Positions 1 to 12,671 are shown, counted from the whole stretch's first letter. The stretch is DNA of 63,008 nt, filler included, from Basidiobolus ranarum (GCA_040143965.1; 50 parts of 50 records of this genome joined end to end with filler, not necessarily neighbours in it), one strand, 5' to 3'. Numbers and translations are program-made. The notes: generated by a model not told the origin, from the sequence alone.

Positions 1-1119
1 GAAACTTTTGCTCCTGTAGCAAAGTTTAATTCAATTAGATTGATTTTAGCAATTTCAGCTAAATATCAGTTTATTATACATCAAATGGATGTTAAAACAG
101 CTTTTTTGAATGGTGAGCTTGCTGAGAAGATCTATATGGACCAGCCAGATGGATTTGTGGACCCAGAAAACCCTAAAAAAGTTTGCAGACTCCAGAAAAC
201 ACTCTATGGCTTAAACCAATCTGCAAGAGCTTGGAATAGCAAGATAGATACTTTTTTAGAAACACTCAAATTCCAAAAGAGTAATGCTGACTATGGTATC
301 TACTTCAGGCCAGATAAGACAAACCCAGTTTTATTAGCCTTATATGTAGATGATCTTATTATAGCAACCAATGACTTGAAGACTTTGGAGAAAACCAAAT
401 CCAGCTTATCTGCCAAATTCAAAATGACTGATCTTGGTGAACTGATGTACTATCTTGGAATCCAAATTAAGATAGATAGAACTACCAAAACAATAACTTT
501 AAACCAGTCTAAGTATATCCTAGATATACTAAAGAAGTTTAAAATGGAAGAATGTAATCCAGTATCTACCCCAATGGAGACAAATCTTAACTTGACCAAA
601 AATGGCTCAAATCAGATGTTTTTGGATTCAAATGAAAGCCAGAAATTTCCTTATCAATCTATGGTTGGTAGTTTGATGTATATCATGATTGCAACATGGC
701 AAGATATTGCATATTCTGTGGGAGTTATGTGTCAATATCTTCAAAATTATGGATCTGATCAAATCATAGCAGTTAAGCAGATTTCCAGATATTTGAAAGG
801 TAATATAGATCTATGCTTAAAATACACATATTCTGGATCAAATTTTGATCTGATGGGATATTTGGATGCAAATTGGGGAAGAGATATTGAAGACAGGAGA
901 TCTACAACAGGATACTTGTTTCTTTGCTGTAATGGAGCTATTTCTTGGAATTCAAAGAAACAACCTACTAAGGCACTTTCAACCACAGAAGCTGAATACA
1001 TGGCTGCCTGTGAAGTAACAAAAGAAGCAATATGGTTAAGAAAACTCTTAACAGACTTGAGTTATTCCCAAAATTCACCACCACAATATTTCAAGATAAG
1101 CAAAGCTGTATCAAATTAG
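1..1119 (+). mobile_element. Ty1/Copia pol fragment: reverse transcriptase + RNase H (5' truncated, frameshifted at 3' end)
   Basis: Frame open from base 1 (ETFAPVAK); [51 protein letters not shown] motifs. Confidence 0.97.
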
Positions 1120-1168
1120 CTAAAAATTCCACGTTGTAGTGTTGCATTTTATGCAAACACCTTATTGC

Positions 1169-1268
1169 NNNNNNNNNNNNNNNNNNNNNNNNNNNNNNNN
1201 NNNNNNNNNNNNTTAATTAATTAANNNNNNNNNNNNNNNNNNNNNNNNNNNNNNNNNNNNNNNNNNNN
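1169..1268. other. Artificial contig linker N44-TTAATTAATTAA-N44 (first of 49; recurs about every 1.26 kb, last at 61754-61853)
   Basis: Identical 100-bp spacer with stop codons in all six frames; the contigs between spacers shrink monotonically from 1168 to 1155 bp. Confidence 0.99.
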
Positions 1269-1286
1269 TATTTAGTTGAGGGAGAG

Positions 1287-1631
1287 TGTTGAAATTAGCA
1301 TTGCCTAAACACCTATATAGTCATATATAGCTTAGTACTTAGTTATCTCATAATTCACTAAGATATTATCAATTATTCTGAATCAGAATTTACTTTAAAT
1401 ATTTTTACCAACTTGGAAGTTCTCAGATATATAGATTTTCAAACTTGTGCTAGAAGCCCCAAACTTTCCACATGTTCCTGGGACCTTCCTTAACATATTC
1501 TACACATTAGTTTGTTTACACTTTGACAAAACTATAAATGTCAACATTCTACTCAATAAATCAATAAGTGAAAACCACCAATTCCTCTAATTCTCCAAAC
1601 CACTTCCAACATGCTCCCAAATACTTTAACA
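1287..1631 (+). repeat. Copia-A 3' LTR (345 bp) preceded by polypurine tract
   Basis: GAGGGAGAG directly before TGTTGAAATT; ends TACTTTAACA; about 12 homologous copies in the window. Confidence 0.92.
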
Positions 1632-2351
1632 ATAACAAATATGATAAAGAAAATTAACTTCAACAAAGTGTACCTAGCACTATCTGATCACTTATCTATG
1701 TCAGGAAGAATTCATCAAGAAAGACAAAAGAAACCATGAGAATCAGAAAATACAACCATTTTGTTGTGTTTAGTCTCCTCATATGCATATACTTGACTGC
1801 TCAGACACAACTCAACAACATCAATGTACTTTACCAGCAAACTAACAATGGAAAAATTGCTAAATATCTGAAATTTAAAGTGGCACTGACACTTGGCAAA
1901 TAGCTGACTCTGTTTACCATTGACAATGAAAATAAGCTCTTGGATTTTGGTAAATTTCTGTAAAGAATTCAGCCAAAATATTCCTGACTTGCAGTCAACA
2001 TATGTCCTGCCACAAGTAGATAAGCCATTGCTTGAAAAAATTACCCCATAGCTAAAACAATAATACTAAGCATCTTGATCTATCCAACCAAGAAGCCTGT
2101 CTTGCACCTTTCCTAGAAATACTGTCAGTTTTATCACACAACCAAAATAGTCTGAATTATATAGGTTTTTGCTCTGTGTCCATGGGTTGGGTTTTGTTGC
2201 TGCTATTGCACTGAAACAATGCCAAAACCCATGAGCACATTGAAAAGAGGCTTATGATGAAAGGTTAATATAGTCTGGAGTCTCCTTAACCCATTGCATT
2301 ACATCCATCACTGATTTTGCTCATACAATGTTAATCAGACTAGTATATAGT
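1632..2351 (-). mobile_element. CMC-1 transposase C-terminal fragment, degenerate
   Basis: Clear nucleotide similarity to 42984-43100, 12037-12570 and 50931-51480. Confidence 0.8.
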
Positions 2352-2436
2352 TGTTGAAATTAGCATTGCCTAAACGCCTATATAGTCATATGTATCGTAG
2401 TACTTATTTATCTTATAACTCACTAAGATATTATCA
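2352..2436 (+). repeat. Copia-A LTR 5' part, inserted in CMC-1
   Basis: TGTTGAAATTAGCATTGCCTAAAC start matches 1287. Confidence 0.9.
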
Positions 2437-2598
2437 NNNNNNNNNNNNNNNNNNNNNNNNNNNNNNNNNNNNNNNNNNNNTTAATTAATTAANNNNNNNN
2501 NNNNNNNNNNNNNNNNNNNNNNNNNNNNNNNNNNNNCTTTCGATCGGGGTAGGGAAACCGGTTAAATCGCTCGAGCCCCCCCCCACGGGGTAACAATC

Positions 2599-3704
2599 TT
2601 AACCCCTGGCCCGAGCTAGGGACCAATAGGGGACCCCTATGCGGAGGATACTGGAAGAATTCAGATCAAAATCTAACTTTGGAATACCAAGAATGGGACT
2701 TGAAAGTGTCGCGCTTTTCTTAAGCGAAGCATTGGTTTTGAGCATATTCTTGAGATTTGACACACTATCAGAGAGGTCTTTAGTGGAAGGAGGTATAAGA
2801 TTAACTGGAAGTGTTTTAGGTATTTCTTGTCCAGCTAATTTAGCATAAATCAAGTGCATTGCGACTGCGAACTCATCCGAGTTAAGTTTTCCTTGATTAT
2901 GAATATCGGCTAAACCCCATATCTGACCTAGATCGGATTTGTTTAAACCGGACTCAGTGAATACTTGTCTAGCTTTCTCCCCCGAGAGAAAGCCAGAATG
3001 GGTGCTGTCAAGAGATTTGAAAATCTGATCAAATTGTGCTTTTTCCTCTGGAGTAACTGCCCATTGACCTCTTGCAAAATCATTGCTTTTTTGGTTATTG
3101 TACCCACCATATTGTGGTGAAGACATATTCATCCCAGGCATTGTTCCGCCTAAAGGAGTGGTTACTCCGGGGATATTAGGTCCTGGAGAGTAATACCCAG
3201 AATAAGAAGAGTTTGGAGTCCCTACATTTGGAAGTCCCATATTGGAAGCACCCGCAGATTGCATAGCAGACGTGATCTCCTGGCGCAAGTTTCCGGGGAG
3301 CTGATTAGGAACAATTTGACCAGTTAATTTCAAGTTAATCAAGTACATGGCCAAAGCAAATTCTGGAAAAGTTAAAGACCCAGATGCGTTGATATCTGCC
3401 AAAGACCTAATTATATTAAAGAATAACAAATAAGTTATAAAATTTTCTAAAAATAAGGAGATTGTTTTATAATACCAAATCTGAGCAAGAACCTCGGAAT
3501 CTAGTTTGGAACGTAAGAATATATCTCTTGCTGCTTCACCTAAATTTTATCCTTTGTGGTTAACACGTAAGTTTTAAAATGGAAACTTTCTTGAATTGTC
3601 AACCTGTTAATTGTTGGTTGGGACTAGAAACATTTTGTTGAAATAATTGTTCAAACTTTGCTTGTTCACTAGGGTTTAAGAAAGACAGTTTTTCTATAGC
3701 AAGG
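2599..3704 (-). CDS. PAN1: Pan1-like EH-domain endocytic scaffold, partial; exons 3704-3604, 3539-3476, 3406-~2645
   Basis: Spliced reading KLSFLNPSEQAKFEQLF..LTGEAARDIFLRSKLDSEVLAQIWSLAD..FPEFALAMYL (EH1) and WAVTPEEKAQFDQIF..GQIWGLAD..DEFAVAMHL (EH2); GT-AG introns 3540-3603 and 3407-3475 restore the frame; the last ~110 bp of the contig look like low-quality sequence. Confidence 0.88.
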
Positions 3705-3804
3705 NNNNNNNNNNNNNNNNNNNNNNNNNNNNNNNNNNNNNNNNNNNNTTAATTAATTAANNNNNNNNNNNNNNNNNNNNNNNNNNNNNNNNNNNNNNNN
3801 NNNN

Positions 3805-3968
3805 TGCAATAATGTCTAACAGTACTTTTGTTAATTATACCAGATAAGTAATATAAACTGTTTCCAAATAGGTAAATAACATCATGCCAGATAGTGCCCA
3901 ATCATGCCAATTTGTGCTGGCACACTTTTTAGCTGGCCTGATCTGGCTCAATAAAATGGAACAAGTCT
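3805..3968 (+). mobile_element. TIR-X terminus, type 1
   Basis: Reverse complement of 36506-36581; similarity stops at ATGGAACAAGTCT. Confidence 0.65.
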
Positions 3969-3971
3969 ATT

Positions 3972-4283
3972 ATATGGGAGTCATGATCTTTTGAATATTC
4001 TGTGAGACCTAACTAATCATATCATCCCCAAATAGTATATATCCACCAAGACCTTCCATGGAACATCACCTGATCATCCTTACATCATCCCCCCTTTGAT
4101 TGGTTCTTGTAGTCCCGAATATCCCAACACTTGAACTTTCCGTAGTATATTCTCTATTCAGTACATTGTATTTTACTTTGCTACATCTGTATGAGCTCAT
4201 TGTTTCCAATCAAAACAGGTAATTGATAAAGATTCTTGCCTAAGCAGATTTTTTCCATTAAACCAGATCAGATCATGATAACA
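3972..4283 (+). repeat. Diverged Gypsy-C-like LTR fragment
   Basis: CCACCAAGACCTTCCATGGAA..CTGATCATCCTTACATCATC block shared with 7654-8127; right boundary approximate. Confidence 0.55.
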
Positions 4284-4515
4284 GTGTTTAGGGGACTTGC
4301 AAGTGTTTTGGACAAGATTTGGATTTGTGAATTGGACAATTCAGTTTTATTGAATTGAATATGTCCTATTTATAGTTTACTATGAAATAGGACTATTGGA
4401 CATGCTTAGATCAAAACAAGAATACCTGTTAAGTGTGGGTGAAAATTAAAGGTGACTTGGAGAAGTTTTGAGAAAATAATAACAGTTGGTTGAAGTGATC
4501 TAATTGATATTTCTG

Positions 4516-4971
4516 TCAATCAGAGCATTTTTGAATTTCTTTTAAACCTAACTTGCATCCTAACAATTCAAATTGTGCTTTAGCTAAAGGCTTGGTTAAG
4601 ATGCTGGCAATCAATTCTTCAGTAAGGCAATAGACAAGTTTAAATGTATCAATCTTTATTGCTTCTCTAACAAGATGATGTCTAATATATATATGTTTTA
4701 TTCTAGCATGAAATGTTGGGTTTTTAGATAATGAAATAAAACTTTGATTATCTTCAAATAAAGTAAAAGCACATTTTTGCAGGTATCCTAAGTCTGTAAA
4801 TAACTCCCTTAGCCACATAGCTTCTTGTGATGTAGCAGAGGCAGCCATATACTCTGCTTTGGTAGTGGAAAGTGCTACAGTTGGTTGCTTCTTACTATTC
4901 CAAGTTTTGGCTCCATTACCATAGAGACTAGTGTACCCAGTTAATGATCTTCTATCATCAAGGATACTTCC
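4516..4971 (-). mobile_element. Copia RNase H C-terminus, degenerate
   Basis: DDRRSLTGY, LSTTKAEYMA, EDNQS..KNPTFHARIKHI, ASILTKPL. Confidence 0.92.
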
Positions 4972-5071
4972 NNNNNNNNNNNNNNNNNNNNNNNNNNNNN
5001 NNNNNNNNNNNNNNNTTAATTAATTAANNNNNNNNNNNNNNNNNNNNNNNNNNNNNNNNNNNNNNNNNNNN

Positions 5072-6238
5072 CTGAAAGTAGCTGAGTGCAAATTTGAGAT
5101 GAGGTCCTTCAGTTTCGGGATCGAATGTGATAGTGCACGAGACTTGGTTGTCAGACCAATATTTTTGCATAAATGCTGCTAATGATAGCTGTTCCCACAT
5201 TGTTACATCTACCAAAGATCTTATTTCGTCGCCGTGGTCGATAGGAATTTCTACTACCATGGTATTCGGCTCAACTGTGGATGGGAGAAGCGAAATGAGA
5301 AGAGCGATCAATAGCTTCATAGAACGTAGTAGATGATACTTACCGACATCAGGCTCCACTTTGTAACCGGCTTCTCTGAAAGGTTCCACCATCTCTGATA
5401 TTTTGGATAGACGTACACGGCGAATGCAAAACCTACTTTCTGGATAATGCAGCCCCGGAGTGGCTATATACGTAGTAATTATGATTAAGTATGATCTTTC
5501 CCAAGCTTGAATGTGTGCGAGTAACGTACCTCCAGCTAACAAGGAAACCGTTCCACTTGGTTTAACTGTAGTGATCTTGATAGATCTAGGAATACCGAGC
5601 CATTCACACAACCTTAAATGTGCTACTTGTTTAGTATACGTTCAATAAAAGTACAGTATTATTATATGGCGTCTTACTTCTTGTCCGTTTCTAAAATATG
5701 CTTATAGCCCTCTTCGCACCATGTTCTGAGCTCTTCGATCCCTGGACGATATATGTATATCAACACCAAATACCAAAGGGCAATTCAATACATAAACTCA
5801 CCTCTTTTGCTTATAAACTGGGCGATACCACTTAAACCAGTTCCAATTCTACGATTTCTCGTCATGACTTTATTAGTTTCCGGCCAGTGTGTAGTTCCCA
5901 ACGTCACTGTCTTTGCATAAAGGAATGCCAGCTCCAATGTTTCCAGGAAATCGTAAATTGAGGAATGATTACTAGGAAATACTTCTACAAGACAACACAG
6001 CTCAAAGGATTCCAAAGTTTGTTCCAGGCACGGATTTCCACCTTGTGCTCGATAGTCTTGTTTATTCTAACAATAGAAGAATTGAATAAGTAAAGGGGTG
6101 GTGTCAGCGCGCATGGTGATTTATTACCATTGGGTCACCCATTCTTCCATAGTTCTGGGCATTATCTAACCATGAGAACCCGGGCTCTCCATTAGAGATC
6201 ACGCGCTTGCAAATGTTCTGGTAGTCCATACCAATCTT
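5072..6238 (-). CDS. nrdJ: Class II (adenosylcobalamin-dependent, monomeric RTPR-type) ribonucleotide reductase, internal fragment with 5 introns
   Basis: Exons 6238-6128, 6066-5802, 5741-5678, 5612-5530, 5463-5344, 5274-5072 splice in frame: NGEPG, GGNPCLEQTLESFELCCLVE, FLYAKTVTL, RNRRIGTGLSG, TTVKPSGTVSLLAGATPGLH, WSDNQVSCT. Confidence 0.93.
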
Positions 6239-6338
6239 NNNNNNNNNNNNNNNNNNNNNNNNNNNNNNNNNNNNNNNNNNNNTTAATTAATTAANNNNNN
6301 NNNNNNNNNNNNNNNNNNNNNNNNNNNNNNNNNNNNNN

Positions 6339-6695
6339 CAAAGCACTTCTCATCAACAGGATAGCCCAAATTGACAGACACCATGTTGATGTAGAAAAAG
6401 CTGCTGAAGAACTGAAGAAAGCCAGAAATGCTAACAAGGACTACTTTGACAAAACCCATCCCCTCCAACCAAAGCCACTACAAGTTGATGACCTTGTCCT
6501 GGAATATAAATCCATTTTGACAAACCAAGGAGCAGGAAGTTTGACAACCAATGGTGAGGCCCATACAAAATTGTTAAAGTTTTAGGTAATGGAAGCTATT
6601 ACACAGCAAAAGTTGATGGAACAGAATTCAGAATGCCAGTTGCAGGGAACCCACCAATGTTTTTCAAGACTAGAGGAAATAACTCAACCTGGTGA
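6339..6695 (+). mobile_element. Ty3/Gypsy integrase C-terminus (GPY/F region), degenerate
   Basis: NKDYFDK..LQVDDLVL..W*GPYKIVKVLGNGSY. Confidence 0.8.
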
Positions 6696-6737
6696 GTTTG
6701 GTTATTCACTTGAGTTCAAAATTCAGAGAGGGGTGGA

Positions 6738-7414
6738 TGTAGTGTGGTAACATTGCTACCCACTGGCAGGTTGACTTATTTCCACTCCATGCTCATTTCA
6801 TTACTATTGCTCAATTTTTGTTTTATTATCCATGTTTGACTTACCCATATTTTCTAGCCAATTGTATCATACCATTAATATTATCCCATACTATTTCAGA
6901 TTTATCAGTATTAACCCATATTAGGCCTATTATTTTCTGGAAAATTCCACAATCTTCCTTAACATTCCATAAGATTGTTGGAATTTTTGATGATTGAATG
7001 AGTTTTGACCAATCAAAACTTGAATTTGCCAGAACATACCATGACTTTCTGTATAACTCTACAATCTTCCAGAACATTGCATGAAATACTAATCTTACAA
7101 TTTATGGTGATATCATAACCCCAGATCCCCACCAATAGAATTCTCTGGAACTTTCCAGAAATTTTCACTAGTAATCATTTCTACCATCAGAAAAGTATAA
7201 AAAGGAGCCATATCTTTTCAAATATAAATCATCCTGGTTTTCAATTAACAACTACTACTTATGATCACCCCTGATTTTCATCAACCCTTAAGAACCTTTA
7301 AAGAGAAACCTCAAGAGAAGCTACCAGAGGCAATTACAGGCTACCATGTGACTAGAAAGGACTTGACTGGTTCAAAGGAAGTACTGACAGGTAGGTACGT
7401 TTCCGTTCTTCACA
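6738..7414 (+). repeat. Probable 3' LTR of a second Gypsy family
   Basis: AGAGAGGGGTGGA purine tract followed by TGTAG just after the integrase; right end (..TTCACA) is tentative. Confidence 0.55.
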
Positions 7415-7605
7415 TAAATCTCTTATGATTTCCACATTTGTAGTCGTATGAATCTTGCCAAAAAATTTGTCTTGTTCCTGATTTTGTTCATCAAAAGAAC
7501 AACTGNNNNNNNNNNNNNNNNNNNNNNNNNNNNNNNNNNNNNNNNNNNNTTAATTAATTAANNNNNNNNNNNNNNNNNNNNNNNNNNNNNNNNNNNNNNN
7601 NNNNN

Positions 7606-7653
7606 TGGAGGGTGGATCCAATCCGGATCAAATCGATTTTATTTTTGTTAGGG
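7606..7653 (+). mobile_element. CMC-1 right terminus (..ATTTTTGTTAGGG) inserted into a Gypsy-C LTR
   Basis: Reverse complement of 11752-11800; LTR-C sequence resumes immediately after GGG. Confidence 0.8.
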
Positions 7654-8127
7654 TGTGCCATCCCTTCTTGGCAATCTGATATCAGTTCATCCAGATTACC
7701 TGATATGGATGTCATGTTCTTTGGAACATTACATGAAACCTGACCAATCATGTCATCCCACACATAGTGTATTTCCACCAAGACCTTCCATGGAAGGTCA
7801 CCTGATCATGCTTACATCATCCTTACATCATCCTTGCATCATCGCTCTTTGTATTGGTCCTTGTAGTCCCTAACATCCCAACTCTCAAACTTGCCACAGT
7901 ATATTCCCTATTCAGTATATTACGTTTCACCTTGCAATATCTATATAAGCAACATGTATTCCTTGATCAGACCTCAGTCTGATCAATGCCAGTTATCAAT
8001 AAGGATTCTTGCCAAAGTATCTTCCTTGTCTAGTCTTGTCTTGTCTTGTGGTCTACACCCAAGTACTCTCCTGCCTTCTAGCCTCTTGTCGTTGTTCCCA
8101 GTCCTTGTCCAGTTCCTTATTGCGACA
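7654..8127 (+). repeat. Gypsy-C LTR, 5' part interrupted; inserted in Copia-A gag
   Basis: Matches 21765-22295 (minus); ends CCTTATTGCGACA. Confidence 0.88.
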
Positions 8128-8660
8128 TGTGTATATGGCAGACTTCTCGATGAAGATTTATTCAAGTCAGGATCCAAACAAAAGAATGAAGAAAATGCTT
8201 TAATAGCCTTTGGGAAACCTTCCTATAAAGGTCAAAAGCACTTTAAGAAGAAAAGTAACACATTCTGTGATAACTGTAAAAGAACTGGCCATTTAAGAAA
8301 AGATGGCTTAAAAAAAAATTCAAAAGAAGAAAAATGCACTGAATGTGGAAATGTGGTTAGAACAGAAGATCACTTGTTCATATCTGCTCTATCTATGACT
8401 ACCAACAAGGATTCTCAGATTTAGTGTATTGATTCTGGAGCTTTGCAACATTTTACATATGAAAAACATTGGTTTGTGTAATATGAAGAAATCCCAGTTA
8501 GACAGGTTTTCATGGGAGATGACTGCACATTGGATGCTATTGGAATGGGAACAATGCAAGCCATTTAACTGGAGATTCTGAAGAGAAAGTATATACTTTT
8601 AAGGATGTACTACATGTTCCAGATATTGCCAAGTACTTAACATCTGTATGCAAGGCCATC
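8128..8660 (+). mobile_element. Copia-A gag zinc knuckle and protease, degenerate
   Basis: CDNCKRTGH, IDSGALQH; colinear with 18360-18890. Confidence 0.88.
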
Positions 8661-8872
8661 TCAGGGGGGGGTTTTACCCCCCCCATGGGGGGCCCACCCA
8701 CAATAAAAAAGAGGGAAAAAGGGGGGAAGAGCCAGGCCGAGGGGAGTGATTTGATCAAATCAAATGTGGCAANNNNNNNNNNNNNNNNNNNNNNNNNNNN
8801 NNNNNNNNNNNNNNNNTTAATTAATTAANNNNNNNNNNNNNNNNNNNNNNNNNNNNNNNNNNNNNNNNNNNN

Positions 8873-8995
8873 AGTAGGGCAATAGACAAGTTCCATTATA
8901 CCTTTCTCTTTTGCTTCTCAAACAAAAAGCTGCCTAGCATCTATGTGCTTTGTCCTAGCATGAAATGTAGGGTTTTTAGCTAATGAGATACAACT
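8873..8995 (-). mobile_element. Copia RNase H fragment
   Basis: CISLAKNPTFHARTKHID. Confidence 0.8.
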
Positions 8996-9099
8996 CATAA
9001 TACCTGGTTTTTAGTTTTTCCACATTTGGCTCAATTCAATGTGAATCTTCCTCCTTCTCAGCAGCATCACATACATAATATTTTGTTACTATCCATTGT

Positions 9100-10038
9100 A
9101 TCTGGAGCTTATAGATAGCTTCTTGGAGCCTTTGATTGCAGATTTTGAATAGTTATCCAAAGGGGTTCAGATGAGTGAATATTTTTTAACACTAATGTCT
9201 TTGTATTGATTGGTGACACTCCTGCAGTCAGTAAACTTGGAGGTTTTGTGGGTGCAATGCACTATCTGGCTGTATATTCTGTCAAATAAATGGAGTTTAC
9301 TCCACCAGGCACATGCATTACTACTATCCAACTCAGCACTAAACTCCATGATTTTACTGCCAAGAGCCTGGTCATATTTCAACTTGCTCACTGATATCAG
9401 TTCACCAAATAGTCAGTCTAACATCCAACTTGGGATTAGTCATAAGCCTAAGAATGCATTGCTAAAGGGGATCAGCTGGAGCCAGGGCTTCCCATTAGGC
9501 ACTATGCACTTACTATTCCATAACATTCCAATACAACTTACTCAGCTATACAGTAGAAAATTGTATATGATTGGTAATTTGAAATAGGAGCAATATTTGA
9601 ATTGTTAGGGAAAATTCTTCAAATATCAAGATGCCATCATATTTAGTGCAGACTCCCCTGAATATCCACTCATTTAGGCATTTATTAAAATGCAAAGACT
9701 GGAAGTGATGGATTTGTATATATTCAAGTGGAATCTTGAAAAGATTTCTGCCTGATGCATATTGGAAACATTAGGAGCTATTTCTGGATATTGAAATGAT
9801 CCTCCATGGGAAGTCTTCAATAATACTGCATGCACATCTGATTAACACTGTATCAGCAAATTCAATGAATGGTATAGCTCACAGGGTCAAGAAGACTCGA
9901 GATATTATTAAACTTACCATAAATGGCTCTTTCCAATTGGCTCAAGAGTATTAGCATTGGTTGAGCACAATAACAGCAATAAGACCCAATCCATGGATGC
10001 AGTGTAATACCTCTATAACATGGACTTTTCTGTTTGTG
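9100..10038 (+). mobile_element. CMC-1 transposase core, degenerate with internal deletion
   Basis: DSFLEPLIA, GDTPAVSKLGGF, FPLGTMHLLF; colinear with 42984-44143. Confidence 0.88.
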
Positions 10039-10138
10039 NNNNNNNNNNNNNNNNNNNNNNNNNNNNNNNNNNNNNNNNNNNNTTAATTAATTAANNNNNN
10101 NNNNNNNNNNNNNNNNNNNNNNNNNNNNNNNNNNNNNN

Positions 10139-11304
10139 TTAGTGCAACTGCCCTTTCTCTGCCTAGTTCAAGCACATTCCATGAAGACATCCGCAAACTT
10201 CAATCTGAAGACCCATTGGTAATATCAATCAAGAAAGCCCAGGAAACACCCAAAGACCTCTCAAGCTTGAACTTGTACCGCCATTTCTCTATCATCAATG
10301 ATCTCTTGTTTTATAAGAAGCACCTTTATATTCCAGATGACACTTCCAGACTCAAAATCATGCAGGAAAGACATGACTCACCCCTAGCAGGACACTTTGG
10401 TGTTGCCAAATCATATATGTTGGCATCCAGGGATTATTGGTGGCCCAAAATGTTTGCATTTGTTAAGACTTATGTTTCCACCTGTGATACTTGTGCTTGA
10501 GTGAAGACTCCAAGACATCAGCCCTATGGCCTCCTACAGCCACTTCCAATTCCTGATCAGCAGTGGAAATCCATATCCATGGATTTCATAACTTATTTAC
10601 TCATGTCTGTCAAATATGATACAATTCTGGTAATTGTTAACCATCTAACAAAGATGGCCCACTTTGTGCCCTGCAACAAGTCAATTGATGCAAAACAAAC
10701 AGCAGAATTGGTAACTCAAAACATCTTCTGCCTACATGGACTCCCTGAAACTATCATCTCTGACCAAGGACCTCAGTTTGCTTCCAAATTCTGGATAAGT
10801 GTGCTCCATACCTTGGGTATCTCTGCCAATCTCTCCACTGCCTTCCATCACTAATCTGATGGCCAAACAGAAAGAGTCAATCAAGTTTTGGAAAAAAGTT
10901 CACTATTCACCCACCATCCAATCTACCTTGCCCTGCTGCCTCAGACCATGCTTCTTACCTTAAGGACATCCATAAACAATTAATATCTGAGTTGGAGCAT
11001 GCTCAATCCCAATACAAGAACTTTGCTGATAAGAAAAGAAAGCCAAGCCCAGATCTCAGGTCAGGAGATTAAGTTTTGCTATTTAGAAAAAATATCAAAA
11101 CCACTAGACCTTGTGATAAACTTGATCATAAAAGACTAGAGCCTTTTACAATTATTAAGCAAATCAAATCAGTAGCCTTCTGCCTTGTACTCCCAGCCTA
11201 TTTCAAAGTCCACAATGTATTCCATGTATCTTTTTTAGAGCCACATGCCAGAAACACCTTCCAGGGCCAATCCATTGACCCACCCCCAGCAATCCAAGTG
11301 GAAG
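10139..11304 (+). mobile_element. Gypsy-C (chromovirus-type) integrase, with stops and a deletion
   Basis: HDSPLAGHFG..YWWP..CDTC (H2C2), GLLQPLP, WKSISMDF, IISDQGPQF, DGQTERVNQ, VHNVFHVS. Confidence 0.95.
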
Positions 11305-11404
11305 NNNNNNNNNNNNNNNNNNNNNNNNNNNNNNNNNNNNNNNNNNNNTTAATTAATTAANNNNNNNNNNNNNNNNNNNNNNNNNNNNNNNNNNNNNNNN
11401 NNNN

Positions 11405-11751
11405 ACAATCTATTCTCTTGCACTATTGCTGCATAGGAACACATCTTGTAAAGTGACTAATGCTTCATCATTACTTGAGTTAGATTTTGGCATGTTAATG
11501 CCTTCCAAAGTGGATAGTGGATCACTTGACTGCTCATCAATTGAGTCCTCTGTTCTTGCTGGTTTTTTTCCTTTTGTGCCAGCAGGCTTTGGCTTGGAAG
11601 CTGATTTTGTCTTAGATTTTCAATGCTTTTTAATGGCATTGAAATTTTCATATGGTAAGCATGGTGTAATGAAATTACTTAGAAACAGCTTATAATAAAC
11701 CAAAATTGCCATCCATTACTGGAAATATGCTGTAAATCCCCTGATAATTCT
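11405..11751 (-). mobile_element. CMC-1 ORF2 5' end and upstream region
   Basis: Colinear with 23690-23957. Confidence 0.85.
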
Positions 11752-12570
11752 TCCTAACAAAAATAAAGTTAATTTGATCTGGATTGGATCCACCCTCCAA
11801 AATAGCAATACCATCAGAGCACCATCACAATATTGTTGGCTTGCATTTTGCCAGGGATTTTGATGGTGTGACGGTGGTTTCTTGACAGTATCTTAATGGT
11901 ATTCATACATGTTAAAATATAGATCCTCAAATTTGACATGTGTTATTCAAAATACATCAATTTTTGCAAAAAATTAATTTCAATTGGCAAATTACTGGGT
12001 TTGCTCCTGTAGGAATTTGAATTAATATGCATGCCTTTATTTAGATATTTTAGGCTCTGTATTGCAGCCATAATGAGAATCAAAAAAAACAAGAATCTTG
12101 TTGTGCTTAGTCTCTACATATGCACCTACATGACTGATTAGCCATAACTCAATAACATCAATATGCTTTACCAGCAAACATACAGTGGAAAAATTGCTAA
12201 ACATCTGAACTTTTGAATAGCACTGACACTTGGCAAATAGCTGACTCGTGTTACCATTAACAATGAGAATAAGCTCTTGGATTTTGGCAAATCTTTGTAA
12301 AGAATTCAGCCAATATATCCCCACCTTGCAGTCAACAAATGTCTTGCCACAAGTAGATGTGTCATTGCTTGAATAAATTACCTCATGGCTAAAAAAATAA
12401 TACTTCATATCTCCATCTATCTCACCAAGAAGTCTGTCTTGCAGCTTTCCTAAAAATACCATCAGATTATCACACAAGCAAATCAGTCTGATTATAGAGG
12501 TACTTACTCTGTGTCCATGGATTGGGATTTGTTGCTGTTATTGTGCTCAAGCAATGCAAAAACCGGTGAG
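11752..12570 (-). mobile_element. CMC-1 transposase 3' end and right terminus, nested in another CMC-1 copy
   Basis: ORF 12037-12477 is the transposase tail; TCCTAACAAAAAT terminus at 11752 is where similarity to 44760-44866 stops. Confidence 0.82.
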
Positions 12571-12671
12571 NNNNNNNNNNNNNNNNNNNNNNNNNNNNNN
12601 NNNNNNNNNNNNNNTTAATTAATTAANNNNNNNNNNNNNNNNNNNNNNNNNNNNNNNNNNNNNNNNNNNNC

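Noticed and set aside
7891-8424. 177-aa ORF with a hydrophobic segment
   Set aside because: Read-through from a Gypsy-C LTR into Copia-A gag; similar LTR-derived ORFs at 21767-22151 and 29912-30329 are also spurious
8660-8772. G/C homopolymer-rich stretch resembling a G-quadruplex or hairpin
   Set aside because: At a contig end and departs abruptly from the Copia consensus; typical low-quality read tail (likewise 2537-2645 and 61720-61753)
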